Source: Lingula anatina
Lineage: Eukaryota; Animalia; Brachiopoda
Length of the DNA stretch: 64,000 bases
Assembly (NCBI GenBank): GCA_051362555.1
Contig: CM120642.1
Coordinates: 8,618,001-8,682,000 of the forward strand
Reading direction: 5' to 3'
Shown: piece by piece, positions 26,972-40,300 of the stretch
Layout: every line of letters begins with the position of its first letter
Numbering within the stretch: the first letter of the stretch is position 1
Translations under genes and position numbers: made by a program
Notes under the pieces: generated by a model
Told to the model about the DNA's origin: nothing
The model's input: only the letters and a program-made list of their open reading frames with translations
Database searches by the model: none

Positions 26972-29900
26972 ATGTCGTTACGATCAGCAGTACATCCATT
27001 TGCAGACGACGTCCCGGGTCGACCCGAAACTACGGATGGGAGACGGTTATCCCCCAATCTTCCGGGGCTTTCAGCAAGGGGTTCAGTGGTTTCCACAGTG
27101 GAAAATGGACAGCTAAGTCCCCGCAGTTTAAGGCCTGTTGAAGACGATGCATGTTCGGAGATAATACGCATTGAGCAACAAAGCTCGGAAGAAGATAGGT
27201 TTTATCAGACGACACTCGGAAAAGTTGTGAAAACCTTACAGGTGAGTTGGTGAAATCGTTGTCTCATTTATCTTTCAAATTCACTACACACACAACCTTC
27301 CCACAAAAGTAGTTAGTACTGGAGCGTGGGGGTATAGTTTTGAATGATGAAAATCATGAAAGACATTCCGTCTGAACGATGTTTTATAAAATTTTTATCT
27401 CTAGATTAAATTGACCTTTTTTCAGGAAAGTGCAAACATTTTCTTTGATATTTCGTCTAAAAGCGAAATTCCGTATATTTTATTATTCTTGAATGAAAAA
27501 AAAAAAACGTTTATAACGTGCATTGCTTGGCATATAGCGTTACGTATTTAGATGAGAGCCCACGTTACATTTTCCTGATCTTTTGCTGGCATATTGTGAA
27601 TAGAATTTGTCGCCTGATATGTAAAAAGTGATATTTAGACAGCCTATATCGATCAATCTTGGTGTAAAAGGTACGTTCTTCAAACTATCCATACATGTAC
27701 CCAGTATCACATTTTGTCTCCAACTAGTTGAGTTTTGGATGTGACGTTGGCTACGGGGTCCTGTTACATGTATATGTATTGCCATACATGCCACTAAATG
27801 CCACTAAATTGAAAAAAAATAGCAATTGCCATTTTTATGGATAATATTCTAAAATGGATTAAAGAAAATTTCGAATAATAATAATAATAATAATAATAAG
27901 TCTTCAATTAGAATATCGCGAAATTGGGGTACGACTATAATTTGTACAGTGTAATTGTTATTAGGTGTTTTGCGTCAAATCTGTTACGGAATATCGAAGT
28001 TGGTGATTAAATAGCTTCGTCTTAACAGTGCGGACTTATGACGAGATTATCTGTCTCTGGGTGACTGAAATTGCTTGATAAAAACTCAGTCAAGAGCTTA
28101 CTCTGTCTATAGCTTATGCTTGTTAAAACAAGACAACTCAAACGTTGACAGACACTCGACTTTTCCATTTGCGCAATCCATGACTGTCACCTGTTCTTGC
28201 TGCCATTTCTTTTGTATGCGTAATGTCAGTAAGAAGTTCTAAATGTAATACTTATCATCTTTATGTCAGCCAAAAACAAGTCAATTTGGACTTAAAGGAA
28301 GTTACATAAACGGGTTTCGATAAACTCCCCTCCGTCGACTGTTTGATTTTTGTAGGGACCGGGACCACTAAACCACGTTACCAAAGAAGACGTCATCAAA
28401 GTTCGTTTCAGCCTCACAAGACCCTGACTCTGTGCTAAATTTGTCTATGGAATAGCGTTAATTTTGAAGGACTTTGGCACTTTGCATTAATTGAACCCAC
28501 TGTATCTTGGACAAAGCATTTGCTTTTCGCTATGAATTGATGATAAATAACCAAAAGTATAAAAAGGACACCAAATGACAAATGTTTTACGAAAACATTG
28601 TCACCTGAGGCTAGAACATGAACTTATAAAATAACATTATTTCCCTGATTGAATAATGCATCTTATCTTAGTTAGACTGTACTGAAGCTGCACATGTAAT
28701 GTTGTCATTTTAGCAAGTGTTTCATTTAGTGCATCAAAAACAATTTCGTTATCTAGATTAATATGTTTAGATCTGATTCAATAAAATGACGACAGACATC
28801 AATCTGTTCCTGCTCCAACTCAATCATTGAAATGGAAAGTATGTCCAACAAATCTATAGCTTTGAAGCTTACAGACACAGACAAATCACATAGCCTGTTA
28901 TTAGAGGGGGAAGTGCACTAAAAACACGTGATCAATAATTACACAACTACAAGCGTTCACATGCTAAAGACTGTTTTCGCAAACCGTGGGCACAGAATCG
29001 ATCCGAACGCCATCTTGTGGACAAGGAAAGTCAAATGTATTACCTCGAGCAAAAGGGCAGCAAATTCTTACACGAGAATTGAATCAAACAAACCGATCAA
29101 GTTTTGTTACATCAGATCATATCATACTATATACCATACCATAACATGTCGGGCTATCATAAGAAATGTATGGCAAATGTTTCATACCCAGGTTCACTCT
29201 ATTAAAGTGGACTGTTAGGGATTTATTTTGAACTGAATTAGACCAGATATCATAAAGTTATTTAATACTTTAGAATGTTCTTTTATGAAAACGACCCAAG
29301 ATTTGCTTTGAAGCATTTTAATGAGACGCATCAGATTAAAATAAGTGCAATTTTCTCGGAAGAAACTCATTATTTATAGCAAGTATCATTAACAATAAGC
29401 GCAATGAGATGCACCTGAATATTTTTTACACATTCAGACAATTGAATTTTTTACATATTCAGACAATCCATACATGGGCGACAGGGAAACGCCACAGCGA
29501 TGTGGACAGACGGCCAGACTCCTTCCTGGAGCGGTTTGCTATGGGAGGCAGCTCAATTATTGACGAGGAGGGAAAAATTGTCCATAGGAGGAAAGATTCA
29601 GATTTTAGGTAAAGTTCTCTTTCTTTCTTGTTCGTTTTATCAGTTTCCATCTATTCGTTTGTCACCCCAAGCCGACCCTCTCCTCCCTTCTGTTCTTCCT
29701 TCTCTCCATTATTACATCATCATCATCTCTCTCTCTCAGCATACTGCAGGAAGTCCTTTTGAGCCTTTTTTTTACTACTTCTACAGGAAGGTACTAAGAA
29801 ATTTGCCTGTTGCCCGTTCTGTCCAACTTACCAGCGTTGCGTTAAGTTGTGGGTGTAGATGTACTCTTGGTCAAGCTTAAATTTATTCAGAAATACACTA

Positions 29901-32900
29901 TTCCTACTGCTGATTGGAACACTTCATCAGTGACTGCAATTTATTTCTAGACAGGCTAATGAAATTGATAACTCTGGTGCATCTTTTCTTTTTATTATTT
30001 TCAGAAATTTTAAGAATTGGGTGATAGATCCTTCGGAGCCGCTGTATTACAAGTGGTTGGCAATCATCTCCCTATCCATTCTATACAACATAGTATTTAT
30101 TATAGCCAGGGCGGTGTTTTGGGAGCTTCAAGAAAACTACGTGCCCCTGTGGCTGACGCTAGACTACCTCAGCGATGCTGTGTACATACTTGATATGGTG
30201 ATACATTTCAGAACAGGTATTTATATTTTGTGGCAGCAGGGTTAAATTTGATGTTAGCTTGATCAATCGTTGCTTTCTGAACTGTGACAGATCCGTATAG
30301 TACACAGCGGAGTGGTCCACACCCCCTTATCACCCCCCCCCCCCAAAAAAAAAATAATAATAATAAGGAAAAAAACAGCATAACGAGCCAAAGGAGAAAA
30401 AGTTTTCCTTACCCTTGCTTAACTTAATATAGTGGCATTGCCCTTGTCTGTTGTTTTACATTTCATCCTCCTGATCCCCACCCCACCCCTTAGCGAAATC
30501 CCGGGTCCACTAACTTAGAGCCCCTATATAATCATATTCGTCGTAGCAAAAAGAGCTAGTATTAACTGCAGAAAAGCCAGTATTTGTTGACGAGATTGGC
30601 AGCAGAGTTTTGGGAAAACCGTTAAAGGATAATGTTGATTACGCCTACTGCCCCCAATGTTTTGTCGACGGTTGTAAGAGTTTGACATTTTTATCCCAGG
30701 AAAAAAACAGAAAACAGTATGTAAATACCACGCTTACATTGATTTAGTTTACCAGGGCTGGATTTTAGGTAAATTTATAATTGATTGCCTTTAAAAGAGC
30801 TTGTGCTGATTTGAAATAGGATAAGCCGCATGCCCACATCATGCATGTAGATCGGCACACGTCATAAGTGAGACTTCACATGCTCGCAAATGCAAGCAAA
30901 AACGTGCAAGCAAACTGATATAAAACGTGGTTTGGGGGTTTTGGGTGTGAGGGGGCTGAAAGATTTTATTGACCTTTAAGCAATTGTTACTTTCGTACAG
31001 TACCATTGTTTCATAAGTAAAAAAAATTGAATCTTTAATTAAATTGGTTTGTATTTTGAATTGATTTAATGATAATGTTATAAAATGGGAGTCTTACACT
31101 GATGCTCATAAGTTAAGCAACACTTTCTTATTTCTCGAATTTCTCAGCAACCAAAATTTTTATTGAGGCAAAATTTGTACAGTAGCTAGATATTTCTTTT
31201 GTTTTTACTTTGACTTACTGGACCGTGACATTAGAGTACTATTTACTGTTGGACACGATAGAATATGCAATGGGGGTGCCACTTGCGAAAAACACAGTTT
31301 GGCCATGCCATGAGGAGCTTCCAGTTTCAACTTTGGCTAGTTTCATGGGCACAATTTGTTATTTTGGACCAACCAATGGTTAGAAGAGGACTCAACGAGG
31401 TAATCAGATGGCAAATAATGGGAGGTCATCGTGCTGGGGTGCCAAAGAGACAGATTGCAAGGCAACAAAAAAGCAGCACCAAGTCAAGTGTCCAAGCTGG
31501 TAGCAAAATGGCGCCAAACTCGTTATGTATTGGACAAGCCTCTTTCTGGTAGACCAATATTGACCGACGCAAGAGATGAAGATATCTGGTTCGATTATGC
31601 CACCAGGACCAGTTCATATCAGCCAAACAATGAAAAATTGCCACCGTACGTCATTCAAGGGAGGTGCCCTGGTCAACAATACAGAGACGAAATACCATTG
31701 GGGTGCATACAATCACACATTCAAGCAAATCCAGAAAGAAAAACCATTTTGGTGCAGGACAATGCGCCCATCCAGAAAGCATGGTCCGTGCAAGACGCGC
31801 TGCAACAGCGCGGTATCCCACATTTGGATTGGCTTGCATATTTATCAATTCTCAATGTAATAGAACATGCTTAGGATATGATTGACAGGGCAGTAAATGA
31901 GAGACAAACTCCAGTTAGAAACATTAGAGAGGTCCAGCATGCAGTAACTGAGGAAGGGAACCGGCTCCCAAAGCAAGATTGGCAGAATTTGGTGGCAAGT
32001 TGCAGGAGACAATGTGAAGCTGTTGTTCAAAACCAGGGAAAGCACACCCGATATTTATTGCATAATAGACGATTAATCATCTATTATCTACAGTCTTCTT
32101 TTATTAAAACTAATTCTTAAATGATCGAACTTTAATTTTTCATAATAAGCTGTTTTAATCAGCACGTACTTTTTGCTGTGTGAGCATACTTTTTTGACAC
32201 ATGGTTTGGCATATTTTAGTACCGTTTGGTTAATAAAGTTATTTTGATTATTACAGTAAGCTGTGCGGTGTATTTCTTTAACCGAAATATTCAACTTGAA
32301 TAAGTTATTTATAAAATATGAAAGAAATATGCATAATTCCACCAACAAATGAAATAATGATCATGATAGAAGAAACTTCTGAAAAAATCGGGGTGTTGCT
32401 TAACTTATGAGCATCAGTGTATGTCTAGACAAGCGTGCATTTCTATTGCTTGTCTCTGTTGCTATTTTCTGTACAAAACCCCCTGTGGAATGAACATTTT
32501 GATTGAAAAGCGAATACTCAAAGAACAATTATATGATGATAACGCATTTTTCCTGTTTACTGATCCAAAATCTTTCTCTGTTTCCAGGTTATCTTGAACA
32601 GGGGCTTTTGGTTCGAGACCCTGCAAAATTACGTCTGAACTACGTGAGGACATGGGGGTTCAAATTCGACGTGGTCAGCATACTGCCCACCGATATATTC
32701 TACTTATTCACCTCCATTCACGCTACGTGGCTTCGATTCAATAGATTACTCAGGTTCTACCGCATGAAAGAGTTTTTCGATCGCACGGAAACAAGGACGA
32801 ATTTCCCGAACCTTTTTAGAATTCTGAACCTTGTTCTGTATATTCTTATCATTATCCATTGGAATGCCAACGTCTATTTCTTGATCAGTATGGTGATAGG

Positions 32901-33993
32901 TTTTGGATCCGATGAATGGGTTTACCCTAATATTACCATACCTAAATTTCAACCACTATCACGAAAATATGTGTATAGTTTTTACTGGTCGACCCTGACT
33001 CTAACCACAATTGGAGAAACACCCAAGCCCGAGAGAGACAGTGAATATATTTTTGTTGTTGTGGATTTTCTGATTGGAGTCTTAATTTTTGCCACCATCG
33101 TGGGTAATGTAGGAAGCATGATAACAAACATGAACGCCAGTCGTGCCGAGTTTCAGCAGAAGATGGACGGTGTTAAACAGTATATGGAGTTCAGAAAGGT
33201 CGGTAAAGAATTGGAAAGGAGAGTCATAAAATGGTTCGATTATCTTTGGACCAACAAGCAATCGTTGAACGAAGAAGCAATATTATCGACTCTTCCTGAA
33301 AAACTGAAGGCAGAGATTGCCATACATGTCCACCTAGAAACTCTTAAGCAAGTAAGTATTTTTCAGGACTGTGAACCGGGCCTCTTGGCACAGTTGGTTC
33401 TCAAGTTGAAACTGCAAGTCTTTAGCCCCGGGGATTATATATGTCGTAAAGGGGACATAGGCAGGGAAATGTACATAGTCAAAAAGGGAAAGCTACACGT
33501 TGTCGGCGACGACAGCCAAACAATTTACGCCACTTTAAGCGACGGCAGCGTTTTCGGGGAGGTCAGTATCCTGAACATTGCTGGGAACAAGACGGGCAAT
33601 AGAAGAACCGCTAACGTTCGCAGCGTTGGTTATTCGGACCTTTTTTGTTTGTCTAAAGATGACTTGTGGAACGCTTTACGAGAGTACCCAGAAGCGAAAA
33701 AAATTCTCATCGAAAGAGGACGTCAAATTTTGATGAAAGATAACCTGTTGGACGAGGAGGCTATGATTGAAGAGGAAAGAAAACAAGAAACTGTTGAAGA
33801 AAAAGTGGAAAGAGTAGACCTCGGACTTGATAACTTGCATACAAGATTTGCTCGTTTGCTAGCAGATTTTAACAGCACCCAACAGCGGCTTAAACAACGA
33901 ATTACTAAACTGGAGAAGACTCTATATGACCAAGACGGTCAGAGCCCTAACGGCAATACTGAAAGTGGAAACGAGGCCGACATGGAAGGCTAA
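26972..33993 (+). CDS. CNGA: Cyclic nucleotide-gated cation channel alpha subunit (CNGA/TAX-4-like), about 677 aa
   Basis: Exons 26972-27241, 29463-29608, 30005-30216 and 32588-33993 (2034 nt, in frame). N-terminal RPDSFLERF motif, S4 LRFNRLLR, pore [12 protein letters not shown]-linker, cNMP-binding [24 protein letters not shown], and a C-terminal leucine zipper. Confidence 0.95.
31097..32419 (+). mobile_element. Tc1-family (DD34E) DNA transposon with a decayed transposase, in a CNG channel intron
   Basis: Perfect 27-bp terminal inverted repeats CACTGATGCTCATAAGTTAAGCAACAC (31097-31123 and 32393-32419) flanked by TA. Frameshifted transposase fragments include an HTH region (RWQIMG..RAG..KRQIARQ), SGRP, and QDNAP...LNVIE with 34 residues between D and E. 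Confidence 0.92.
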
Positions 33994-35065
33994 ATAGTCG
34001 AACTGCTTTTTAAAACACTGCGTTTGTAAACGCTTGTTTTGTGCCTTCCCTCCACATTACCAATCTACCTCCTGAAAAGATAAAACATGAAGTGAGATAA
34101 ATCAAAGTTCCGTGTCTTTCTAATTTCTACTTCGCCTTTCACTATTTCTATTGAAACATTTCAAATCAGGTGGTGTATCATTACATGACAGAATGATTTT
34201 TGAGAAGGGGGTTACTCATTACATCGAAGAACTGTTTAATTTTATAATTATCATTATGTAAGAAGATAATATTACATAACCGGCTGCTGACACGTTATAG
34301 GTAAAAGGAGTTCCAGTGATAAACTTAATATCATATGACAATTTTTCCAACGTCTCAATACATTTTCAAATAATAAATTTAATAACGCCATAGGAAGTGA
34401 TGTTATGTCACAAACAGGATATTCAAGCGAGGAATTTTACAGTTTGTCTGAACTTCATTCATGTATAAAAGAGCACAATCAAGCTTCATTTAATGATGGC
34501 TAGAAAGTGGCATAATATTACAATGAGTACAAAGAAATGGCATATTTCACTTGCGTATATATCCATACAGACTATTAGACTTGAAGCCAATATTGTAAAA
34601 AAGTAATCAATCACATTGTCACTTTATATGCAATAAAATCATTTTGGAATAAAAACAGAAAAGTCAATGTTTTCTCACAAAAAGAAAAATAGATGTAAAA
34701 TCGCTCGCCGTGCCGAACAAAGCAATATTTTCCTAACAATTTAATGTAAACCTTGGCGATTTAGTAATAAATGTACATGTTGTATCAAAGCCCGTAGCAA
34801 TCGCCATCACCGTCATTTACTTAAGGTTGTTCGGAATGAATATAACATGCATATTAATCACAGTCGCCATAATATACGTATATATTTCAAGAGAGTGAAC
34901 ATTTCATACGAATAACTGATATCTTATCCAAATGCATATGATGGATAAAAGTATATTAATCACAAAATCAATTTCGAAGTGGTTACACATGATAAAAACA
35001 CCACGAGGGATTTTTCAGCTTTGGCCAATCGGGGAAAAAAGATAAAGGCTCTTGTTAATATGTTA

Positions 35066-36046
35066 TCAATTGTGGTGCAGCAATTTTGTTTTCACAACAG
35101 CAGCCAAAGTAAGCATACCAAAGGTATAATCAACGTTCTCCCCAGTTTTAGCGGATACGAAAAAACAAGGGTGTTCCAATTCCTGTTCAATTTCCTCTCT
35201 CGAAGGCAATTTTGGATCCCACTGGAGATCCGTCTTATTACCTATAAATGCTATGAAGGCGTCTTCTCCTGTACGTTTTGATTTGAAGTCGGCATACCAC
35301 CTTTTTGCACCAGCATATGTACACGCATTAGACACGTCAAACACAATGGCACAGCATGCGCTGTCTTTATAGTACACTTTTGTCATATTTCCAAATCTTT
35401 CTTGACCTGCAATGTCCCAGGATTGGAGCTGCACAATGCCTATGGTTGTCCTAACAGTGCTTAAAGTAAAATCAACTCCAATTGTAGGCTTATACATTGC
35501 CTTGTATGATTTCTTGACCCATCTACCATTAAGACAGGTTTTGCCTATGGTTGGATCACCAATCAGTAATAGTTTAAACAGAAGGTTTGGTGCAGCTGAT
35601 CCATGTTCGTAGGAGGGGCATTTTTTGGTGACCTCTATAGGGGCATGGGGCGACTGAAGCATGCGCATAATTTCTTTATTTTGCATAATGGCATGTTCCA
35701 GCTGTAGAAACAAACCCTGGTTATTCGCACGAATTTCCTCCAAGGCTTCTCTATTTTCTTTCACGTCGCTCTGTATCAGAAATTGTCGCTCCTCGTCCTT
35801 AAGTCTTAGAACCTTCAACTTTTTCTTAGATCGCAGGGCGAGGAAAATGGCAACAAGTGTACTGGGAATGGTAAACAAAGAAGAGGCAAGAGACACATAC
35901 GCTTGCACGTTCTTTATATTGTCCGGCAACACGGGGAGGACATTTGACCAGCACAGTATCCACAAGACGGTTATCACAATCACAAGAACAATTCCAAAAC
36001 ATTCCAATCCAACCGCACGAGCAGCTTTGCAACAAAAACCTGCCAT
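35066..36046 (-). CDS. Intronless Rab32/38-type small GTPase with two N-terminal hydrophobic helices and a coiled-coil; no C-terminal prenylation motif
   Basis: Single 326-aa ORF. G1 GDPTIGKT, G2 YKPTIGVDF, G3 WDIAGQERFGNMTKVYYK (Rab32/38 signature), G4 NKTD, G5 SAK. The protein ends KTKLLHHN. Confidence 0.85.
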   Translation of the reverse strand: MAGFCCKAARAVGLECFGIVLVIVITVLWILCWSNVLPVLPDNIKNVQAYVSLASSLFTIPSTLVAIFLALRSKKKLKVLRLKDEERQFLIQSDVKENREALEEIRANNQGLFLQLEHAIMQNKEIMRMLQSPHAPIEVTKKCPSYEHGSAAPNLLFKLLLIGDPTIGKTCLNGRWVKKSYKAMYKPTIGVDFTLSTVRTTIGIVQLQSWDIAGQERFGNMTKVYYKDSACCAIVFDVSNACTYAGAKRWYADFKSKRTGEDAFIAFIGNKTDLQWDPKLPSREEIEQELEHPCFFVSAKTGENVDYTFGMLTLAAVVKTKLLHHN

Positions 36047-37325
36047 TTCTTTTTCTGGATCCTACTTTATGCCCTCAGACTTATGTGGTCTTAATTTTGC
36101 CAGAAGTATTGGGCACAAGATCTACTACAAGTAGCTAAAAACGACTGAAGACAGGAATCCACAGACAGAGAATATCATTACGTCATATTCCCTACTCTAT
36201 GTAAGGGATAGCTTTAACGTGACTACCAGAAATCCGCCATGAATCAGCTGATGAGTCGGTGAAGGCAAGCAAATACATACAGCATGAAGGTTTGCTTCTA
36301 AAGAGTTTCGAACTTCAGTTTGTTAGCATCAAAAGTGACACGACACACAACTCGCAACACATGCTCTCATTTCCAGGCATGATCTAAAAGAAAAACAAAA
36401 TAGAAATTGTAATTGGATCATAACACTGATGATAACTTTGCCATATTTATCGTTTTCATTAAGCATCAACAGTTACTTCCCGTTTGGATTGGCTTCTACG
36501 AGAGGTTGGAGGGGGGGAGGGGTAGTCCTGGAACGGCCGGGCGTTTAACTTTGGAAAAGAAAATATATTCAAACTGTATAGGCCTAATAATAATGATAAA
36601 TTAATAAATAAACGGTAACGCCTTTTCAATAAAAATGCAACTTTAAGCGGGTTTCACTTATACAACTTTTCGTCTCTTTCTACATAGCCTACTTAGCCTA
36701 TCATCTGTATATATAATCTGTGGCCTTTCTCACCTACCTTTGTACACACTCGTGATTTCCGTTCTTTGTGTAAAAACAATTAAACAGTCTGGATATACAT
36801 GACTTAACCAAAATGATAATTACCTTTAAACATGGAATAGTGTTTTAGTTATAAAAATTCTTGATCTAACCCTGCCAAATCAAGACTGCCCCCCCCCCAG
36901 GGTTCGGTCCTACACGTCTAGAGACCCACTCCCAGGCATTAAACAAACTGCAAAAAGACCCAAAGCCCCATGTCTAGGTTGCTAAATAATTTATAAAACT
37001 AGTCAACCACCTTCAAAATTGTAAAATGAATATCCGCTAACTGAATGGTATAATGTCATAGGCCTACCTACTCGATCGACCCACTGAAAAGTAGTAGTAG
37101 GCCTACTGTAGGCCTACACAGAATTTACAGAAGCCATTTACTGAACCGTATCGTCAAGTTTGGGATAATATTTTACTGTGATCTACATGCCAAAGAGGAT
37201 TTTTGTCTATCGTTTGACAAAATACATGCTCACCCTAAAAGCCTGCATCTTAGAATCGGGGAAACAATAGCAACTGGGAAATCCCAACATGTGACCAGGT
37301 GACCTGTGACCTGCAGGCAGTGGTA

Positions 37326-37333
37326 TGACGTCA
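37326..37333. promoter_or_regulatory. Palindromic CRE/ATF site immediately upstream of the desulfurase-TtcA start
   Basis: TGACGTCA ends 10 nt before the ATG at 37343. Confidence 0.4.
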
Positions 37334-37342
37334 TTATCCAAT

Positions 37343-40300
37343 ATGTCAGCCTCCATGGCAAGTCAAGTCGGCATGAGCGACGACAAGAGAAATTCTCAAA
37401 ATCTACCTCACGCAGACAGAAAATTTTACAATATACCTATCCAACAAATAGACAATGGGCAAAAGAAGATGGGAGTAAGACAAAAGGCGGATTCTGCGGA
37501 ACTGCTTAGATATATAGATGGAAATGTGATCGGACACGATAAAATTTTCTCAGGACCATATGGGAATAGACAAGGTACGTATTGAAAACCGTCATTTTTC
37601 TCTCTTTTCAGTTTCTTTTGTCTCATTTGGGTTTCACTGCTCTTGATTTCATTAGTAAGTGCTTTTGAACGGTTTTTTTTTGTTAAAACGGAATGATTGT
37701 AAAGTCTGAAAGCAAATTCTTTGACCAATGAACAGACAGCGACTAAATTAATTTTAATTCATTTTTAAAATATTCCAGTTGTTTACTGTGACTATACAGC
37801 ATCAGGCAGGTACGTATTTATGTTTTCAAAAGGACACCTTATTTCTTCACTCTGCTGAAGTTGAGTGAATTATTTCTGCATTTTTAAGTTTTTCTCTCTT
37901 TGTGAAAATACAACTTTTGAGTAAGTATGAATTTTTGAAGGACAAAACTTTGAACATAAGCAGAATCGATTTTATCTATAAAGGATATGAAGATCTGGAC
38001 AACAAAAGCGCATGTGCTGTCCCATTGTTTTATGTCCCTATAGTTGGTGAAAATGCAAACAAGATGTAATGTCTATTACACGCACCAATTGAATACGGTA
38101 TCTGTGATGTTATTTGTTTATAAAGATTTTATTTAATAGTTGTGTATTTGCCATTGTTTTTTTTTTTTAGGTCCCTGAGTTTTATTGAGGACTATATAAA
38201 AGAACAGGTGCTCCCAGACTATGGGAATACACACACTACCACTACAGTAACCTCTCTACAGTCAACTCTCTTCAGACATGAAGCTAGGTACAGTACTGCT
38301 ATTGTCTATAGATATGGACTGTAAAATGTATAATTTTAATGACAGCAATGTCTGTTTTACAAAGAGGCCATTTGCTGTGAGCAGTTGGAATATTTTACAA
38401 TTAAACAAGACCATGTCTAAATGTGGCTGATGGCTCAAAAAGATTACATATAGCCAAAGGTTTATAATTTTTCAGTCAACTTGCTTATTTTAATGTATTG
38501 CATATTTTAATTTTTCTAGAGATATCATCAGGAATTCTGTAAATGCCAGTGAACATGATGCAGTGATATTTTCAGGCAGTGGCTGTACTGCAGCTGTACA
38601 TAAACTGATGCATGCTCTTCATCTGACTGAACCACCGGTGAGTAGGGTCACAGGGGCTGTTTTAAATGCAAATGAATCTCATCTCAAAAATTGATCTCAG
38701 CTTTAAAGCCTTATCTTTTGCTTCTATTTTGGCACAAAACAAGTCTGTTGTGGTCCAATTAAATTATATCATATTGGGCTATTTTGATAACAAAAAGGAA
38801 ATGGCTATTGTTTAAGACTATAACTTTATTAATAATAATGGGACTACAATTTATCCAAAACTAAAGAAGACCAAATTTTTGCACACATAAAGTTGTTTTG
38901 TGAAACTGCCCCCCCCCCCCATCCCTGTGTATGCAAGCCAATGATTATAGCATAGTTCAAATGAGATAAGCATACCACCCCTATTAGAGGAGTACTGACC
39001 AGTTCTCTTCTTCTGCTTCTCAGAAAGAATTTTTTGGGGTGTCTCAGACTGCTTAAGTTGTGTAGCTGACTACATACTGTTGACTTTCCAGTATAATATT
39101 CTAAAAGCGATTTGTGAAAAAATTATCAAAATGGGTTGATGGCAACCCTAAATGAGAACTTGTTGACAAGGAGTGTAAACTGTTTTCAAGCCTATCAAGT
39201 GTTGATTTGCTCTTGGGGCTGAGGTGCGTAAATGACCATATAAAACAAGAAAGAATCGTAAGCCTTTGCTTAAACTGATATTTCACTACTGTGGCAGTCA
39301 TCTTGTGACAAAAACCACAGTATGTGCTTGTTATTTGCCAATGTTGAAATATGATGATAATTATCAATCAAGAGAACAATTTTTGCTTTTTCTTTCAAAG
39401 AACTGAAATATACAAAAGCAAAAATTTGCTTCCAGGTGGTTTTTGTAGGGCCATATGAGCATCACTCCAATCTTCTTCCATGGAGAGAGAAAGGGGCTCA
39501 GGTAAGGTTTTCTGAAAGTCTTGTTATAACCATGGGTTGACCTGATCAAGTTAAATTTTGGCAAGTTGCAGAATATAACATTGTATTTTTTTCAACAAAA
39601 CATGGAATATTTTACTGTTTTTGACCATATATTCAGTTTTTTCATTCAATAGAATTACACAGATATTTAGATAAAGAAATAATCCAAGAGGGAGTTCAGT
39701 TTGATAACACTTACATAAGTGTACATGTGTGTATACCATACAAGAGTGTGCACGTCATGCTCACATACATATTTGGTGAAAATTATATTTTTTCCCATTT
39801 TGAATTATGCCTGTCACTTAATATGAACTTTTTTCTGCTTTCTATTTTTTAAAGTAAGTTGGCACTTTTTAGTAGGTTGACTCTGTTATAGTCTCACATT
39901 AGCTAGCTCAGAAAGTTTTTAAAAATGATGATTTTTTTTTCAAAGGTGATAAGAATACCTGAAACTGATACAGGAGAGTTAGACCTGCAAAACCTTGAGC
40001 AGGAACTTCAGGTACTATGTCAAGAAGAGAAATGTGAATATATTACAAAAATTACAGTATATGAATAAAAAATGATGGCTTAATGGACTAATATTTAATG
40101 TAAAATCTTGATCTTAAAAATCGCAGACATATATCTTGACAGGTTTATCGTTTTGCATAATCATTTGATCTTTTAATTTCAAGTCTTGGCAAAACAGTGG
40201 CAGACAGCTGATTGGTTGTTTCTCTGCTGCGTCAAACGTAACGGGCATCATATCTGATGTTGACATGATAAGTGTCATCTTGCACAAATATGGTGCTTTA

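Noticed and set aside
35661-36134. 157-aa plus-strand ORF
   Set aside because: Antisense shadow of the Rab-like CDS.
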